From NCBI GenBank assembly GCA_958296135.2, contig CATQHZ020000001.1:2464001-2528000 (forward strand): a DNA stretch of 64,000 nt, read 5' to 3'. Position 1 is the stretch's first letter. The number at the start of each line of letters is the position of its first letter. Positions 39,900-50,872 of the stretch are shown here, piece after piece. The stretch is from an uncultured Poribacteria bacterium. GTDB lineage: Bacteria > Poribacteria > WGA-4E > WGA-3G. The notes under the pieces were generated by a model that saw only the letters and a program-made list of their open reading frames with translations, was not told where the DNA came from and searched no databases. The position numbers and the translations under genes were made by a program.

Positions 39900-40721
39900 T
39901 CACTCCTGAAACGGAGACAACTGCGCCTTTAATCTCCCCAACACCTCATGGTAGATTTGGGTCACGCGCGGCGCAGAGATATCCAACTGAGCTGCAATCT
40001 CTGTCCCTTTCACCGCTTCAATCGTTTTTGAGACCACTATCCTTTGCTGCCGCTCGGTAAGCGACGACAGTCCCTCCCGAACCTGCTGCCTCACTTCCGC
40101 ACGAACCACATCCGCTTCTACGTCCACAGACGCATCTGCAACGAAGTCACCAACAGACATGTCGCTGTCTTCATCCCCAACCGGTGCCTCCAGCGAAATC
40201 GTTCCTTCCCGGAACAGCAGAATTTCTTCTATTTGTTTGACGGTTAACTCCACGGCTTCGGCGACTTCGGCGTGCGTCGGTTCGCGCAACAGCGTCTGAC
40301 ACAGCGTCGCCCAAGCGGCGGAGACTTTGCCACACTGCCGGAGATGACCGGGAAGCGCGGTAAATCCAGAGTCGCGGCGAACCGCCACCTGAATCGCCTT
40401 CTCAATGCCGCGCGTTGCATAGGTGCTGAGTTTACACCCCTTCCGGTAATCGAATTTATCCACCGCCTTTACCAATCCCATATTTCCCTCTTGAATCAGG
40501 TCTTCAAGGGGCACCCCGTTGTTTTGGTATTTCCGTGCGATAGAAATGACCAGGCGCAAGTTCGCCTCGACCAGCTCATCGCGTGCGTCGGCATCGCCGG
40601 CTTCCATTTGCTTGGCTAATGCTACTTCCTCCTCCCGCGATAACGGGCCGTGCGTCTCGGCACACTGCAGACAGCACGTTAACGCATCCGGCGCACTGAG
40701 TGTAGGAGTGAACTGTTTCAT
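39900..40721 (-). CDS. Atypical sigma-70 family sigma factor (RpoD-like region 2, FliA-like region 4)
   Basis: NLRLVISIARKY, DLIQEGNMGL, STYATRGIEKAI, SAPRVTQI. Confidence 0.9.
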   Translation of the reverse strand: MKQFTPTLSAPDALTCCLQCAETHGPLSREEEVALAKQMEAGDADARDELVEANLRLVISIARKYQNNGVPLEDLIQEGNMGLVKAVDKFDYRKGCKLSTYATRGIEKAIQVAVRRDSGFTALPGHLRQCGKVSAAWATLCQTLLREPTHAEVAEAVELTVKQIEEILLFREGTISLEAPVGDEDSDMSVGDFVADASVDVEADVVRAEVRQQVREGLSSLTERQQRIVVSKTIEAVKGTEIAAQLDISAPRVTQIYHEVLGRLKAQLSPFQE

Positions 40722-40780
40722 TGTGAAACCTCCTTGCGTAAAAATTGGAACCGTTCAACGGTATTTCAATCTCTATATAT

Positions 40781-40827
40781 AGTATAGGAATTAAATGGCA
40801 AAAGTTTAGGGTAAAATGCACTTTTTT
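40781..40827 (-). promoter_or_regulatory. Promoter of the sigma gene, same architecture as the module promoters
   Basis: AAAAAAGTG-N9-CTAAAC-N17-TATACT. Confidence 0.6.
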
Positions 40828-41002
40828 TGCGGTTTTTTTTACTTAATTCTCAAAAAAACGCAAAATGGCGATGTTCACGCGTGCATGTTACCGGTGCCAC
40901 TCTTAATAGGTGCGCATTTTTCGGAAATGTCAACTTTTTCTGCAAAGAAGTAAACCGTAACAAAAAATCCGCGGACGTGGAAAACACGCCCGCGGCAGAA
41001 AC

Positions 41003-42115
41003 CTAGTGACGCAGGCGAGGGCCGTCTTGGGACTCCCGCACGCGCGAAAAAGGTGCATCCGGTGCATTCTTCGCCTTTATCCGCCCCCACTGCGTCGTTA
41101 ATTTACCTGCCGAGGAGACCGACAAAGGATGCGATGTCCAATCGGCCGCCCAGTCATCAGCCGGGTGCTGCGTCAGGTTGGTTATCTGCCGGGTGGACAA
41201 CTCATAGCGATAAATCTCATAGTTGCCGCCCGCCCGATTCACCAACCCATTTTCTATCCCATCGAAAAGCACCGCTGTGCCATCCGCCGCCCAGCAGACC
41301 CCGCCTACCCACCATGTCGCAGGAACCGCCAACACCCGCGGATGGGAACCATCCCGCCGACGGATAATCAGACGATTGGCGACCCGCTTAAACATGTCGG
41401 GACCGACATCAAACTCCCTCTCATTATACAGCAGGTAGTCACCATCCGGAGACCACCGCGGGTGATGACTCATGAAAGTCTTCCCTAGAATCGCCGGGAC
41501 TAATGCCTTGACAAGGGGCCGGTTGCGCTTTCCGGTAGCATCCATCAGATAGATGTGCCGCCCTTGCCCCGGCAGCGACATTTGATAAGCAATCTGCCGC
41601 CCATCCGGAGACCAGGCGGGACCCGTGGCGTAACCGCCGACCGCGGCACTGTCTGTCAGTTGTCTCACGGCACCGGTGGCGATATCCATCACGTGAATTT
41701 CAAAGGCACCGCTTCGATCACTCAGAAAAGCAAGGCTGCGTCCATCGGGAGCCCAACCACCATTCCCATCTAATGCCGGGTGTTGTGTCAGGTTTCGCTG
41801 TCTTGTCCCATCTGCATTCATAAGGAATACGTCTATATCTTGCCCCTGTTCTGGGACCTCCGAATTGAGATCCGCAGAAAAAATAATCTGTGCGCCATCC
41901 GGAGACCAGCGCGGGCGACTCTTATAGAGCAAATCGCTCGTGATCCGGCGGACATAGCTGCCCTCATCGTCCATGACGTAGATGTCGCTTTCATAGATGT
42001 CAATGCTGCCCTCGCGATCCGAGATGAAGACAATGTCGGCCGAGGCAACCGCCGCCATCAACACAAAGAGCAGACTGACCACTATCAGTTCAGATGAAAG
42101 GTTGTGAATGCGCAT
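41003..42115 (-). CDS. Secreted TolB-like (PD40) beta-propeller with VSSAGKLTTQWGRIK tail
   Basis: Signal peptide; WSPDG repeats; paralogue of 36580-37629. Confidence 0.88.
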   Translation of the reverse strand: MRIHNLSSELIVVSLLFVLMAAVASADIVFISDREGSIDIYESDIYVMDDEGSYVRRITSDLLYKSRPRWSPDGAQIIFSADLNSEVPEQGQDIDVFLMNADGTRQRNLTQHPALDGNGGWAPDGRSLAFLSDRSGAFEIHVMDIATGAVRQLTDSAAVGGYATGPAWSPDGRQIAYQMSLPGQGRHIYLMDATGKRNRPLVKALVPAILGKTFMSHHPRWSPDGDYLLYNEREFDVGPDMFKRVANRLIIRRRDGSHPRVLAVPATWWVGGVCWAADGTAVLFDGIENGLVNRAGGNYEIYRYELSTRQITNLTQHPADDWAADWTSHPLSVSSAGKLTTQWGRIKAKNAPDAPFSRVRESQDGPRLRH

Positions 42116-42180
42116 GGTGATTCTCCTCCCAAGAAGAAAGCGTGTGCTGCGCGCCACCTGACGCGCAGCACCTGGGACGG

Positions 42181-42687
42181 TTATTTCTGATAACGACGCT
42201 TAATTTCCACTTTCCAGCCATCGCGCGCCCCTCGCGCCCGAATCGCAACGCGGGTATACGCTGACAGCGTAAACTCATCGCCTGGGTCTAACTCAGGGAT
42301 GTCGTTGAGATCGAGGCGCCGCCCGTAAATCGGCTCCATATATACCGCACCCGCAGGAAGCCGGCGGTCCGATCTGACTTTCTTGTTCTCGGTGCCCGTT
42401 TCCAGGATGGCGTGCTGGAACTCGTAGTCAAACCGGGCAGGGAACCCACTCTCGTTGGATACCGTGAGATAATGCGAACTCCGCGTATACGGCCGGCTGT
42501 AGCCAATGCCCCACAACTCCACAGAACCGTAGACACCGCCTACCCATCGGGAATCCGATATGGCTGACGCATCGGGTGGCACAGTGAAGAGACACATCAG
42601 TGCCAGCAAGCCGATTACCGATAGACGCACTGTCCATGCGCCGCGCTTAGTCCCCGTGCGAGGGAAACTGAAAAATGTCCTAAACAT
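42181..42687 (-). CDS. Secreted hypothetical protein (168 aa), module A cargo
   Basis: Long signal peptide ending ASA; AGGAGG RBS. Confidence 0.75.
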   Translation of the reverse strand: MFRTFFSFPRTGTKRGAWTVRLSVIGLLALMCLFTVPPDASAISDSRWVGGVYGSVELWGIGYSRPYTRSSHYLTVSNESGFPARFDYEFQHAILETGTENKKVRSDRRLPAGAVYMEPIYGRRLDLNDIPELDPGDEFTLSAYTRVAIRARGARDGWKVEIKRRYQK

Positions 42688-42842
42688 CTTTCTCCTCCTT
42701 TGAGGAAGCACGGAAGGTGATACCCCTCTCTTGGATATCCAAACCGCTTGGACTTTTGAGGAACCAGACCTCCCACCTTCGCTTAACTCTAATTATACCC
42801 TCGGCGGCCAGAAAATTAAGGCCCTTTTTCACTTTTTTCACG
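42688..42842 (-). promoter_or_regulatory. Conserved promoter plus structured 5' leader, copy A
   Basis: AAAAAAGTG-N9-CTTAAT-N17-TATAAT; leader hairpin core; TTGGATATCCAA palindrome. Confidence 0.8.
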
Positions 42843-42948
42843 AAAAAAACGCCATTCGGGCAAAATGTTGGGAAAAATGGGAAATTGCAAAAAAAAGCCG
42901 CCGTTGTGAAAACACAACAGCGGCGAAAAGAAAATAAAGATTCCGGCA

Positions 42949-43536
42949 TTAACCAGATGCCTTATCAGAAAACTCAACGAAACGATAGATGTGCCGCAAA
43001 GGCAACTCGCAGTCAATCGAAACAACACGTAGCACATCCGTGAGTTCCCGCAATTCCTCAAAAATCCACTTTTCCCCCTGGCGAAGATAGTGCTCAACGC
43101 GAACATCGTCTTGTGAAATCAAGATGTATTCCTGCACAGATTCCACCCGCCGATAGTAGGCGAATTTCTCACCCCGGTCTCTCGATTCTGTTGATGGCGA
43201 AAGCACCTCTACCAAAACAAGCGGATTGATGAGGGTATCAAAGACATCATCCTCAAAACGTGGCTCATCACAGACAACGGTGACATCCGGATAAAGGTAA
43301 GACGTTACGGGGCTCGTTCCCACGCGCATATCGCTACCGTAAACCCGGCACCCCCGTTCTACCACTTGGTTGTAAATCCCATTGATAGTATTCACGGTAA
43401 TGAGATTATGCGCGTTACTTGCTCCGGGCATTTCAATAATTTCTCCATTGAAGTATTCGCTTTTAAATTCTGATTTGCGCTCAAAAGCAAGGTATTCCTC
43501 TGGCGTTAAGAGGGTTTGCACTGCAACAGATGCCAT
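42949..43536 (-). CDS. Uma2 family endonuclease
   Basis: TPEEYLAFER, YPDV, VEVLSPST..DRGEK. Confidence 0.92.
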   Translation of the reverse strand: MASVAVQTLLTPEEYLAFERKSEFKSEYFNGEIIEMPGASNAHNLITVNTINGIYNQVVERGCRVYGSDMRVGTSPVTSYLYPDVTVVCDEPRFEDDVFDTLINPLVLVEVLSPSTESRDRGEKFAYYRRVESVQEYILISQDDVRVEHYLRQGEKWIFEELRELTDVLRVVSIDCELPLRHIYRFVEFSDKASG

Positions 43537-43607
43537 AGGTGCCTCCGCTAAAATATACCCCGGTAGGCGTGCTGTGTCCGCGCGCCTACCGGGGAACTCT
43601 GACGATG

Positions 43608-44015
43608 CTATAGATTGCTCGCAACCTTAACCCGGTTCTGCGCGCGGGCACGGGCCGCCTCCGCACGCTGAACGTTCAAATCCAGCGCATTTGCGGCGAG
43701 ATGCGCCTGCGCGCGTTCTAACGCAGTCGCCGCACGCTGAACATCAATCTCCGATGCCCACTCGGCTGTCTCAACTAACGCTGTAACGCCGGTGCGGAGC
43801 ACCTCAAACACGCCACCGCTCGTCGCTAGCAACTGCGGCGTATCTCCCTCACGGATACGGAGCTCGCCGACTTCCAAAGCCGTCAGGAAGGGGATGTGCC
43901 CAGCGAGGATCTCAAAGTTACCCTCAACACCCGGTGCACGGACACTCGTAACCTCCCCTTCATAAATCAACTTTTCTGGCGTGCGAATTTCAAGGTGAAA
44001 ACTTCGACTTAACAT
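43608..44015 (-). CDS. atpC: ATP synthase F1 epsilon subunit
   Basis: EIRTPE, ILAGH, EID..RA. Confidence 0.95.
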   Translation of the reverse strand: MLSRSFHLEIRTPEKLIYEGEVTSVRAPGVEGNFEILAGHIPFLTALEVGELRIREGDTPQLLATSGGVFEVLRTGVTALVETAEWASEIDVQRAATALERAQAHLAANALDLNVQRAEAARARAQNRVKVASNL

Positions 44016-44023
44016 AGTGTTTT

Positions 44024-45741
<1,718 letters not shown>

Positions 45742-45744
45742 GTC

Positions 45745-46071
45745 TCATCTCCTTTTGCGTCGCCGACGCGTAAACGGAGGAAATTCCCACTGATTTTCAT
45801 CAGGAATGTAAGCCGTCACAAATTCAATATAAACAAGATCGGCATATTCACAGACGACGTGCAGGTAAACTGTGACGTTTTCCACGAGTGTTGAACGTCC
45901 ACAAATTAATACCCGCTGTTCTTGGCGATACTCTTCAATGATGACTCCATTGAGAACCGCCTCTACGATATGTTTTCGTTCAAAACCTTCCTTTGCAGCG
46001 TGCTGAATTGCATGCCCTTTAACAAGGTAGTTGCCAACCTGAATTCTCTCACGAATAGTTTGCAAATCCAC
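45745..46071 (-). CDS. DUF4258 domain protein (putative toxin)
   Basis: HA...IIEEY...LICG...LHVV...VTAYIPD..W. Confidence 0.85.
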   Translation of the reverse strand: MDLQTIRERIQVGNYLVKGHAIQHAAKEGFERKHIVEAVLNGVIIEEYRQEQRVLICGRSTLVENVTVYLHVVCEYADLVYIEFVTAYIPDENQWEFPPFTRRRRKRR

Positions 46072-46102
46072 TTGTTGGGCTCTCAATTCCAATTTGTGCT
46101 CG

Positions 46103-46576
46103 TTACAGTTGAGGGCATGCCTCGTGAAACCGAGCCAGGGCCTCAGCGGCATTCACCAACGCCCACTGCCGATTTCGGGCTGGCATCATGAGATTCAGAC
46201 GCTGGATTTTACGGTTCACGCTCTCAAACTTGGCGCGATACTCCGCAAGTCCGCGAGCGCGCTCATGCTCAAAACTCCGTATGACAGCTGCCCCTCGGCT
46301 CGGCTGTTGCCGCACGATGGCAGCCAGGCGTTCGCGGCGCGCGGTGAGATTCGCGAGCAGCTTGTCCAACTGCGCCTTGTCCCGCTGAATCTCCTTCTCC
46401 AATTCAATCCACCGTGGCGCGAACCCGTTCTCTTTCAGCAGCCGATTCGCCATCCGAACTTGAGGCGTAATGAACGGATTCGTATCCAAGTTGAGCGGCT
46501 TGCCTTTGCCCGGCAAGTTAGTAAACTCGCCGCGTTGCATCGCCTTTTCAATCTGTTCGTCAACATTGATAGGCAT
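46103..46576 (-). CDS. DUF1992 domain protein (DNAJC28-like)
   Basis: EQIEKAMQRGEFTNLPGKGKPL, NGFAPRWIEL. Confidence 0.88.
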   Translation of the reverse strand: MPINVDEQIEKAMQRGEFTNLPGKGKPLNLDTNPFITPQVRMANRLLKENGFAPRWIELEKEIQRDKAQLDKLLANLTARRERLAAIVRQQPSRGAAVIRSFEHERARGLAEYRAKFESVNRKIQRLNLMMPARNRQWALVNAAEALARFHEACPQL

Positions 46577-46724
46577 TTGAAACCTCCTCTGCGAGGTAGG
46601 CGCGCCTGATGAAGATTAAAAAATAAACGGCTTATGTTTCCCCGATGGAAACGGGCAGATATAGAAAGCAGTTTTTCGCCCCGGTTCATCAACAATATAT
46701 TTAGGATTGACAGTGAGCAGCACT

Positions 46725-47591
46725 TTATCCCTCCAGGGCCGCCGCGCCACTGACAATCTCGGAGATTTCGGTTGTGATTTGCGTTTGGCGTGCCCGATTC
46801 CGCTGAAGAATGAGCTCGTCGATGAGCTCGTTCGCCTTCTGCGTCGCATTCTCCATGGCAGCCATCCGCGCCGCTTGCTCCGCAGCGTTGGAGTCCAAAA
46901 GCACCTTCCACATCTGCATGTTCAAGTCCTTGCTGAGCAGCATCTCAAAGAGTGCCTCCTGCCCCGGTTCATAGACATAATCTAGGAAGAGCTCATCGCC
47001 TTCAGGGACTTCGGGCTCCAACGGGAGAAGCTGCTCAACCAGCACCGTTTGCAAAATCGCCGACTTGAAGTTGTTGTAGATAACCTCAACCCTATCGATC
47101 TGTTTGTCAACGTAGAGCTGCTCAAACTCGTGGACGACATCCACAGCCGTCTGGAATTCCAGCTGGCGGAAGATATTGACATACGCGTCCGTAATATCGT
47201 AGCCGCGCCGCGAAAAATGTTCGTGCGTCCGTCTGCCGATGCAGATGAGCGTCACATCCGCACCGTTCGCCTGATAGTGCTGCGAACGCTGCGTCGTCGT
47301 GCGGATAACGTTGCTATTGAAACTGCCGCACAACCCCCTATCTCCCGAAACTGAAATGAGACAGACGTGTTTCACTTCTCGGCGTTCCAGCAAGGGATGC
47401 GTCGGGTTCTCGATTTGCGAGATAAGATGCCCCAAAATGGTGTCCAATTTCTCGGCATAGGGACGTGTCGCGGTGATGTTCTCCTGCGCGCGGCGGAGGC
47501 GCGCCGCGGCAACAACGCGCATCGCATCCGTAACCTGCGCGATGTTCGTAATACTCGCGATGCGCCGCCGAATTTCACGTAGTGTTGCCAT
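46725..47591 (-). CDS. atpG: ATP synthase F1 gamma subunit
   Basis: DRGLCGSFN, RMAAMENAT, RQTQITTEISEIVSGA. Confidence 0.97.
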   Translation of the reverse strand: MATLREIRRRIASITNIAQVTDAMRVVAAARLRRAQENITATRPYAEKLDTILGHLISQIENPTHPLLERREVKHVCLISVSGDRGLCGSFNSNVIRTTTQRSQHYQANGADVTLICIGRRTHEHFSRRGYDITDAYVNIFRQLEFQTAVDVVHEFEQLYVDKQIDRVEVIYNNFKSAILQTVLVEQLLPLEPEVPEGDELFLDYVYEPGQEALFEMLLSKDLNMQMWKVLLDSNAAEQAARMAAMENATQKANELIDELILQRNRARQTQITTEISEIVSGAAALEG

Positions 47592-47629
47592 TTTTTCGTA
47601 CTTCCTACCGGGTGTTTAGCTGCTCTTGG

Positions 47630-47666
47630 GCAGATAACGCAGATAACGCAGATAACGCAGATAACG
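47630..47666. repeat. 9-bp tandem repeat (gcagataac)x4
   Basis: Directly visible in the atpA-atpG spacer. Confidence 0.9.
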
Positions 47667-47903
47667 TTGTCGCATCATGCCAAAAAACGTTGTCTTTTCT
47701 TGCATGGTGTAGGACAGGTTTCCATCGCCCTACGAGACGATGAAGAAGGCACTCCCCGCGTAAGCAGAGACGCAGTGAAGCGTAGGAGAGACCTCCCGGT
47801 CTCGATTTTCCCTATAGCTCCCCGCGTAAGCAGAGACACAGCGGAGCCTAACCCTGCCAAACTTGGTTTATCAAACGCTTGGCACCAATACGAAAACCCC
47901 TGA

Positions 47904-49433
47904 TTATGCAGCCGCTGTCGCTCGGTTATCCTTGAACGTCTTGACCGCGGCGTGCAAATCCTCAAGCACTTCATCGCTCAGTAAGCCGGTCTCGGAGATC
48001 TCCGTGAGCATCTCGGCGTGATGCCGGTCTAGATACTGCAGGAATTCGGTTTCAAACCCCGCAACTTCGTCTTCCGGTACATCGTCCAAATAGCCGTTCG
48101 TGCCACAGAAAATGGAGGCAACCTCACGTTGGACCGGCATCGGGGCATATTGCGGCTGCTTAAGCAACTCAACCAGCCGTGAACCGCGCCGAAGCAAGGA
48201 CTGCGTAGACGCATCCAAATCTGAACCGAATTGCGCAAACGCGGCGACCTCGCGGAAACTAGCAAGATCGAGTTTCAGGGTGCCAGCGACTTCATCCGAT
48301 TTCATCGCCTTCACTTGCGCATCGCCGCCGACACGGGAAACGGACGTGCCAACATCAATGGCAGGCCTCACGCCCTGGTTAAAGAGATCCGTGGTGAGGT
48401 AAATCTGTCCATCGGTGATAGAAATGACATTCGTCGGGATGTAAGTCGTCAAATCGCCTTCAAAGATTTCAATAATCGGCAGCGCGGTGAGGGAGCCGCC
48501 GCCCAAGGCATCGCTCAACTTCGCCGCGCGCTCCAGCAATCGTGAATGCAGATAAAACACATCACCGGGGTACGCCTCGCGGCCGGGGGGACGGCGAGAG
48601 AGCAGCGACATCTGGCGGTATGCCCACGCATGCTTCGTCAAGTCATCGTAGATGATTAAGGCGTGTTTGCCGTTATCCATGAAGTACTCGCCCATCGCAG
48701 TGCCGGAATAGGGCGCGAGATACTGAAGCGGTGACGGCGCGCTCGCTGGCGCAGAGACGATGGTGGTATATTCCATCGCGTTATGCTCACGGAGCGTGTT
48801 GGCAACCTGCGCCAACGTAGAGCCTTTCTGCCCAACGGCGACATAGATGCAATAGACATCTGTCTCTTTCTGGCTCAGAATCGTGTCTAACGCGATGGCG
48901 GTTTTGCCTGTCCGCCGGTCGCCGATGATGAGCTCGCGCTGTCCCCTACCGATCGGTGTCAAACTATCTACCGCCTTTAAGCCGGTGTAGAGCGGTTCGC
49001 TGACAGGCTGCCGTTGGACGATGCCGTAGCCTTTCCGTTCAACCGGAAGCGTCTGGTCTGTCTGAATCTCTCCCAGGCCATCAATCGGCTGACCGAGGGC
49101 ATCGACAATCCGTCCGAGGAGTGCTTCGCCGACAGGGACTTCCGGCAGCCGTCCTGTGCGCTTGGCGACATCACCCTCGTGGATGAGCTGGTCTTCGCCA
49201 AACAGGACACATCCGACGTTGTCTTCTTCAAGATTAAACGCGATGCCGTAAATGTCGTTTGGAAATTCGATCATCTCACTCGCCATGGCATTCGCGAGGC
49301 CATGCACGCGCGCGATGCCATCGCCAACCTCTAATACCGTGCCAGCATCGTAGACATCTACGTCCTGTTCAAATTGGACGAGCTGCTGTTTGAGGATATT
49401 TGATATTTCGTCCGGTCTGACTTCTCGTGCCAT
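47904..49433 (-). CDS. atpA: ATP synthase F1 alpha subunit
   Basis: [30 protein letters not shown]. Confidence 0.98.
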   Translation of the reverse strand: MAREVRPDEISNILKQQLVQFEQDVDVYDAGTVLEVGDGIARVHGLANAMASEMIEFPNDIYGIAFNLEEDNVGCVLFGEDQLIHEGDVAKRTGRLPEVPVGEALLGRIVDALGQPIDGLGEIQTDQTLPVERKGYGIVQRQPVSEPLYTGLKAVDSLTPIGRGQRELIIGDRRTGKTAIALDTILSQKETDVYCIYVAVGQKGSTLAQVANTLREHNAMEYTTIVSAPASAPSPLQYLAPYSGTAMGEYFMDNGKHALIIYDDLTKHAWAYRQMSLLSRRPPGREAYPGDVFYLHSRLLERAAKLSDALGGGSLTALPIIEIFEGDLTTYIPTNVISITDGQIYLTTDLFNQGVRPAIDVGTSVSRVGGDAQVKAMKSDEVAGTLKLDLASFREVAAFAQFGSDLDASTQSLLRRGSRLVELLKQPQYAPMPVQREVASIFCGTNGYLDDVPEDEVAGFETEFLQYLDRHHAEMLTEISETGLLSDEVLEDLHAAVKTFKDNRATAAA

Positions 49434-49503
49434 ATTTGCAATTCTCCCCTATAGACATTAAGGACCTAACGTTCCTTTATGGAAATGGGGTCTTTTCCTT
49501 TTG

Positions 49504-50043
49504 TTATCCCTTTGCAAGCTGCTGCTTCAACCGGCGGAGTTGCGCCGCGACGCTTGCATCAAAAACAGTATCCCTTAGCTGCACAATGAAACCGCCCTGA
49601 ATCGCCGAGTCAACTGTCATTTCTAGCCGAACCTCTTTGCCCGAATACGCGCGCAATTGCTGCGTGAGCAACGTCTGCTGCGCCGCTGTCATCGGGACAG
49701 CAGTTGTTACCTTCGCGACAAGCCGGCCGGCGGCTTCATCGAGAATTTGCAAGAAGACATCCGCTATCGCAACAAGGTAGCGTTCCCGCTGTTTGAGCGC
49801 GAGGAGGCGCAGGAAATTCAGCGTCAGCGGATGCACGGTTTCCGCGAAAAGGGTTTGGAATGTCTCACCCTTCATCTGCGGCGACAGCATAGGGCTGCTG
49901 AGGAATTGCGCGAATTCTTCAGACTGTTCAACTGTCTGTTTCAGCGCGTTTACATCCGTAACGATAGGGTTCAAGGCGTTTTGCTCGACGGCGGCATCGT
50001 ATAGCGCGCGCGCGTAAGGTTTCGCAACCCGAACGTCTCTCAT
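49504..50043 (-). CDS. atpH: ATP synthase F1 delta subunit
   Basis: VAKPYARAL, IQGG, DASV. Confidence 0.93.
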   Translation of the reverse strand: MRDVRVAKPYARALYDAAVEQNALNPIVTDVNALKQTVEQSEEFAQFLSSPMLSPQMKGETFQTLFAETVHPLTLNFLRLLALKQRERYLVAIADVFLQILDEAAGRLVAKVTTAVPMTAAQQTLLTQQLRAYSGKEVRLEMTVDSAIQGGFIVQLRDTVFDASVAAQLRRLKQQLAKG

Positions 50044-50197
50044 AATATGTCTCTCAGCAATAGGCGCGGTTTTCAACCGCGCCTACCGAATCAGATTTCA
50101 GATTTCGGAGTGGCGCAAAGCGTTTGAGAAGCGTTTTTCAGCTAATGACGCTATCTAGCCAGTCCTGCTTGCGGCTTTGTCGCAAGCTTGCATCACT

Positions 50198-50848
50198 TCA
50201 CACCCGCCTATTCGTATCTCGCTCGGGCAACCGACGAATAGAAGCATCAATAATCTGCTGGTGTCTCTCCGCATTGAGTTCCGCGCTGATAATTTTGCCG
50301 GCGGCATCAATGGCGAGTTCGGCGACAACACCACGCAATTCTAAAATCGCCTCGTCCTTTTCCCGCTGGATTTCGGCGCGGGCTCTTTCGACTTCATCAG
50401 CCGCCTCTTGCCGGGCTTGTGCCAGAATCTGCTGACGTTCAACGTTGCCCTGCTCAATGGCGGCTTGGATTTTCGCCTGCGCCTCCGTCTCAATATCACT
50501 TAAACGCTGGCGCGTCTCGGCTGTGAGCCGGTCCAATTCTTCCCGGTCTGCCTGCAACTGTGCCGATTGCTCCGCGACCTCGTTGCGGCGTTCATCCAGA
50601 AGCCCGCCGACTTTGCCGAACACAAACTTCCAAAGCACCAAGAGCACGACGAGGAAACCGATAACTTGGATGATAATCGTCTGCGGATCGATCCCGAGGA
50701 GGGCCAAGAGCCCTCCTCCACCTTCAGCATGCGGTTCATCAGCGGCGAACGCGTTCCCCGCAGCAGCAAACCCTAGCAGTATCAGAAACACCGCGAGTCG
50801 AAGCGGAGCGCACCAGCGGCGCATAGTTTGGTAGATTTTTTTTACCAT
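50198..50848 (-). CDS. atpF: ATP synthase Fo b subunit (N-terminal extension)
   Basis: TM helix followed by a long coiled coil; operon position. Confidence 0.9.
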   Translation of the reverse strand: MVKKIYQTMRRWCAPLRLAVFLILLGFAAAGNAFAADEPHAEGGGGLLALLGIDPQTIIIQVIGFLVVLLVLWKFVFGKVGGLLDERRNEVAEQSAQLQADREELDRLTAETRQRLSDIETEAQAKIQAAIEQGNVERQQILAQARQEAADEVERARAEIQREKDEAILELRGVVAELAIDAAGKIISAELNAERHQQIIDASIRRLPERDTNRRV

Positions 50849-50872
50849 CTTTCGTATCCCGTTGCCGTTAAC

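Noticed and set aside
42630-42687. KRGAWT as a type IV prepilin cleavage site
   Set aside because: No G-F/M junction and no Glu at +5; it looks like an extended Sec signal peptide
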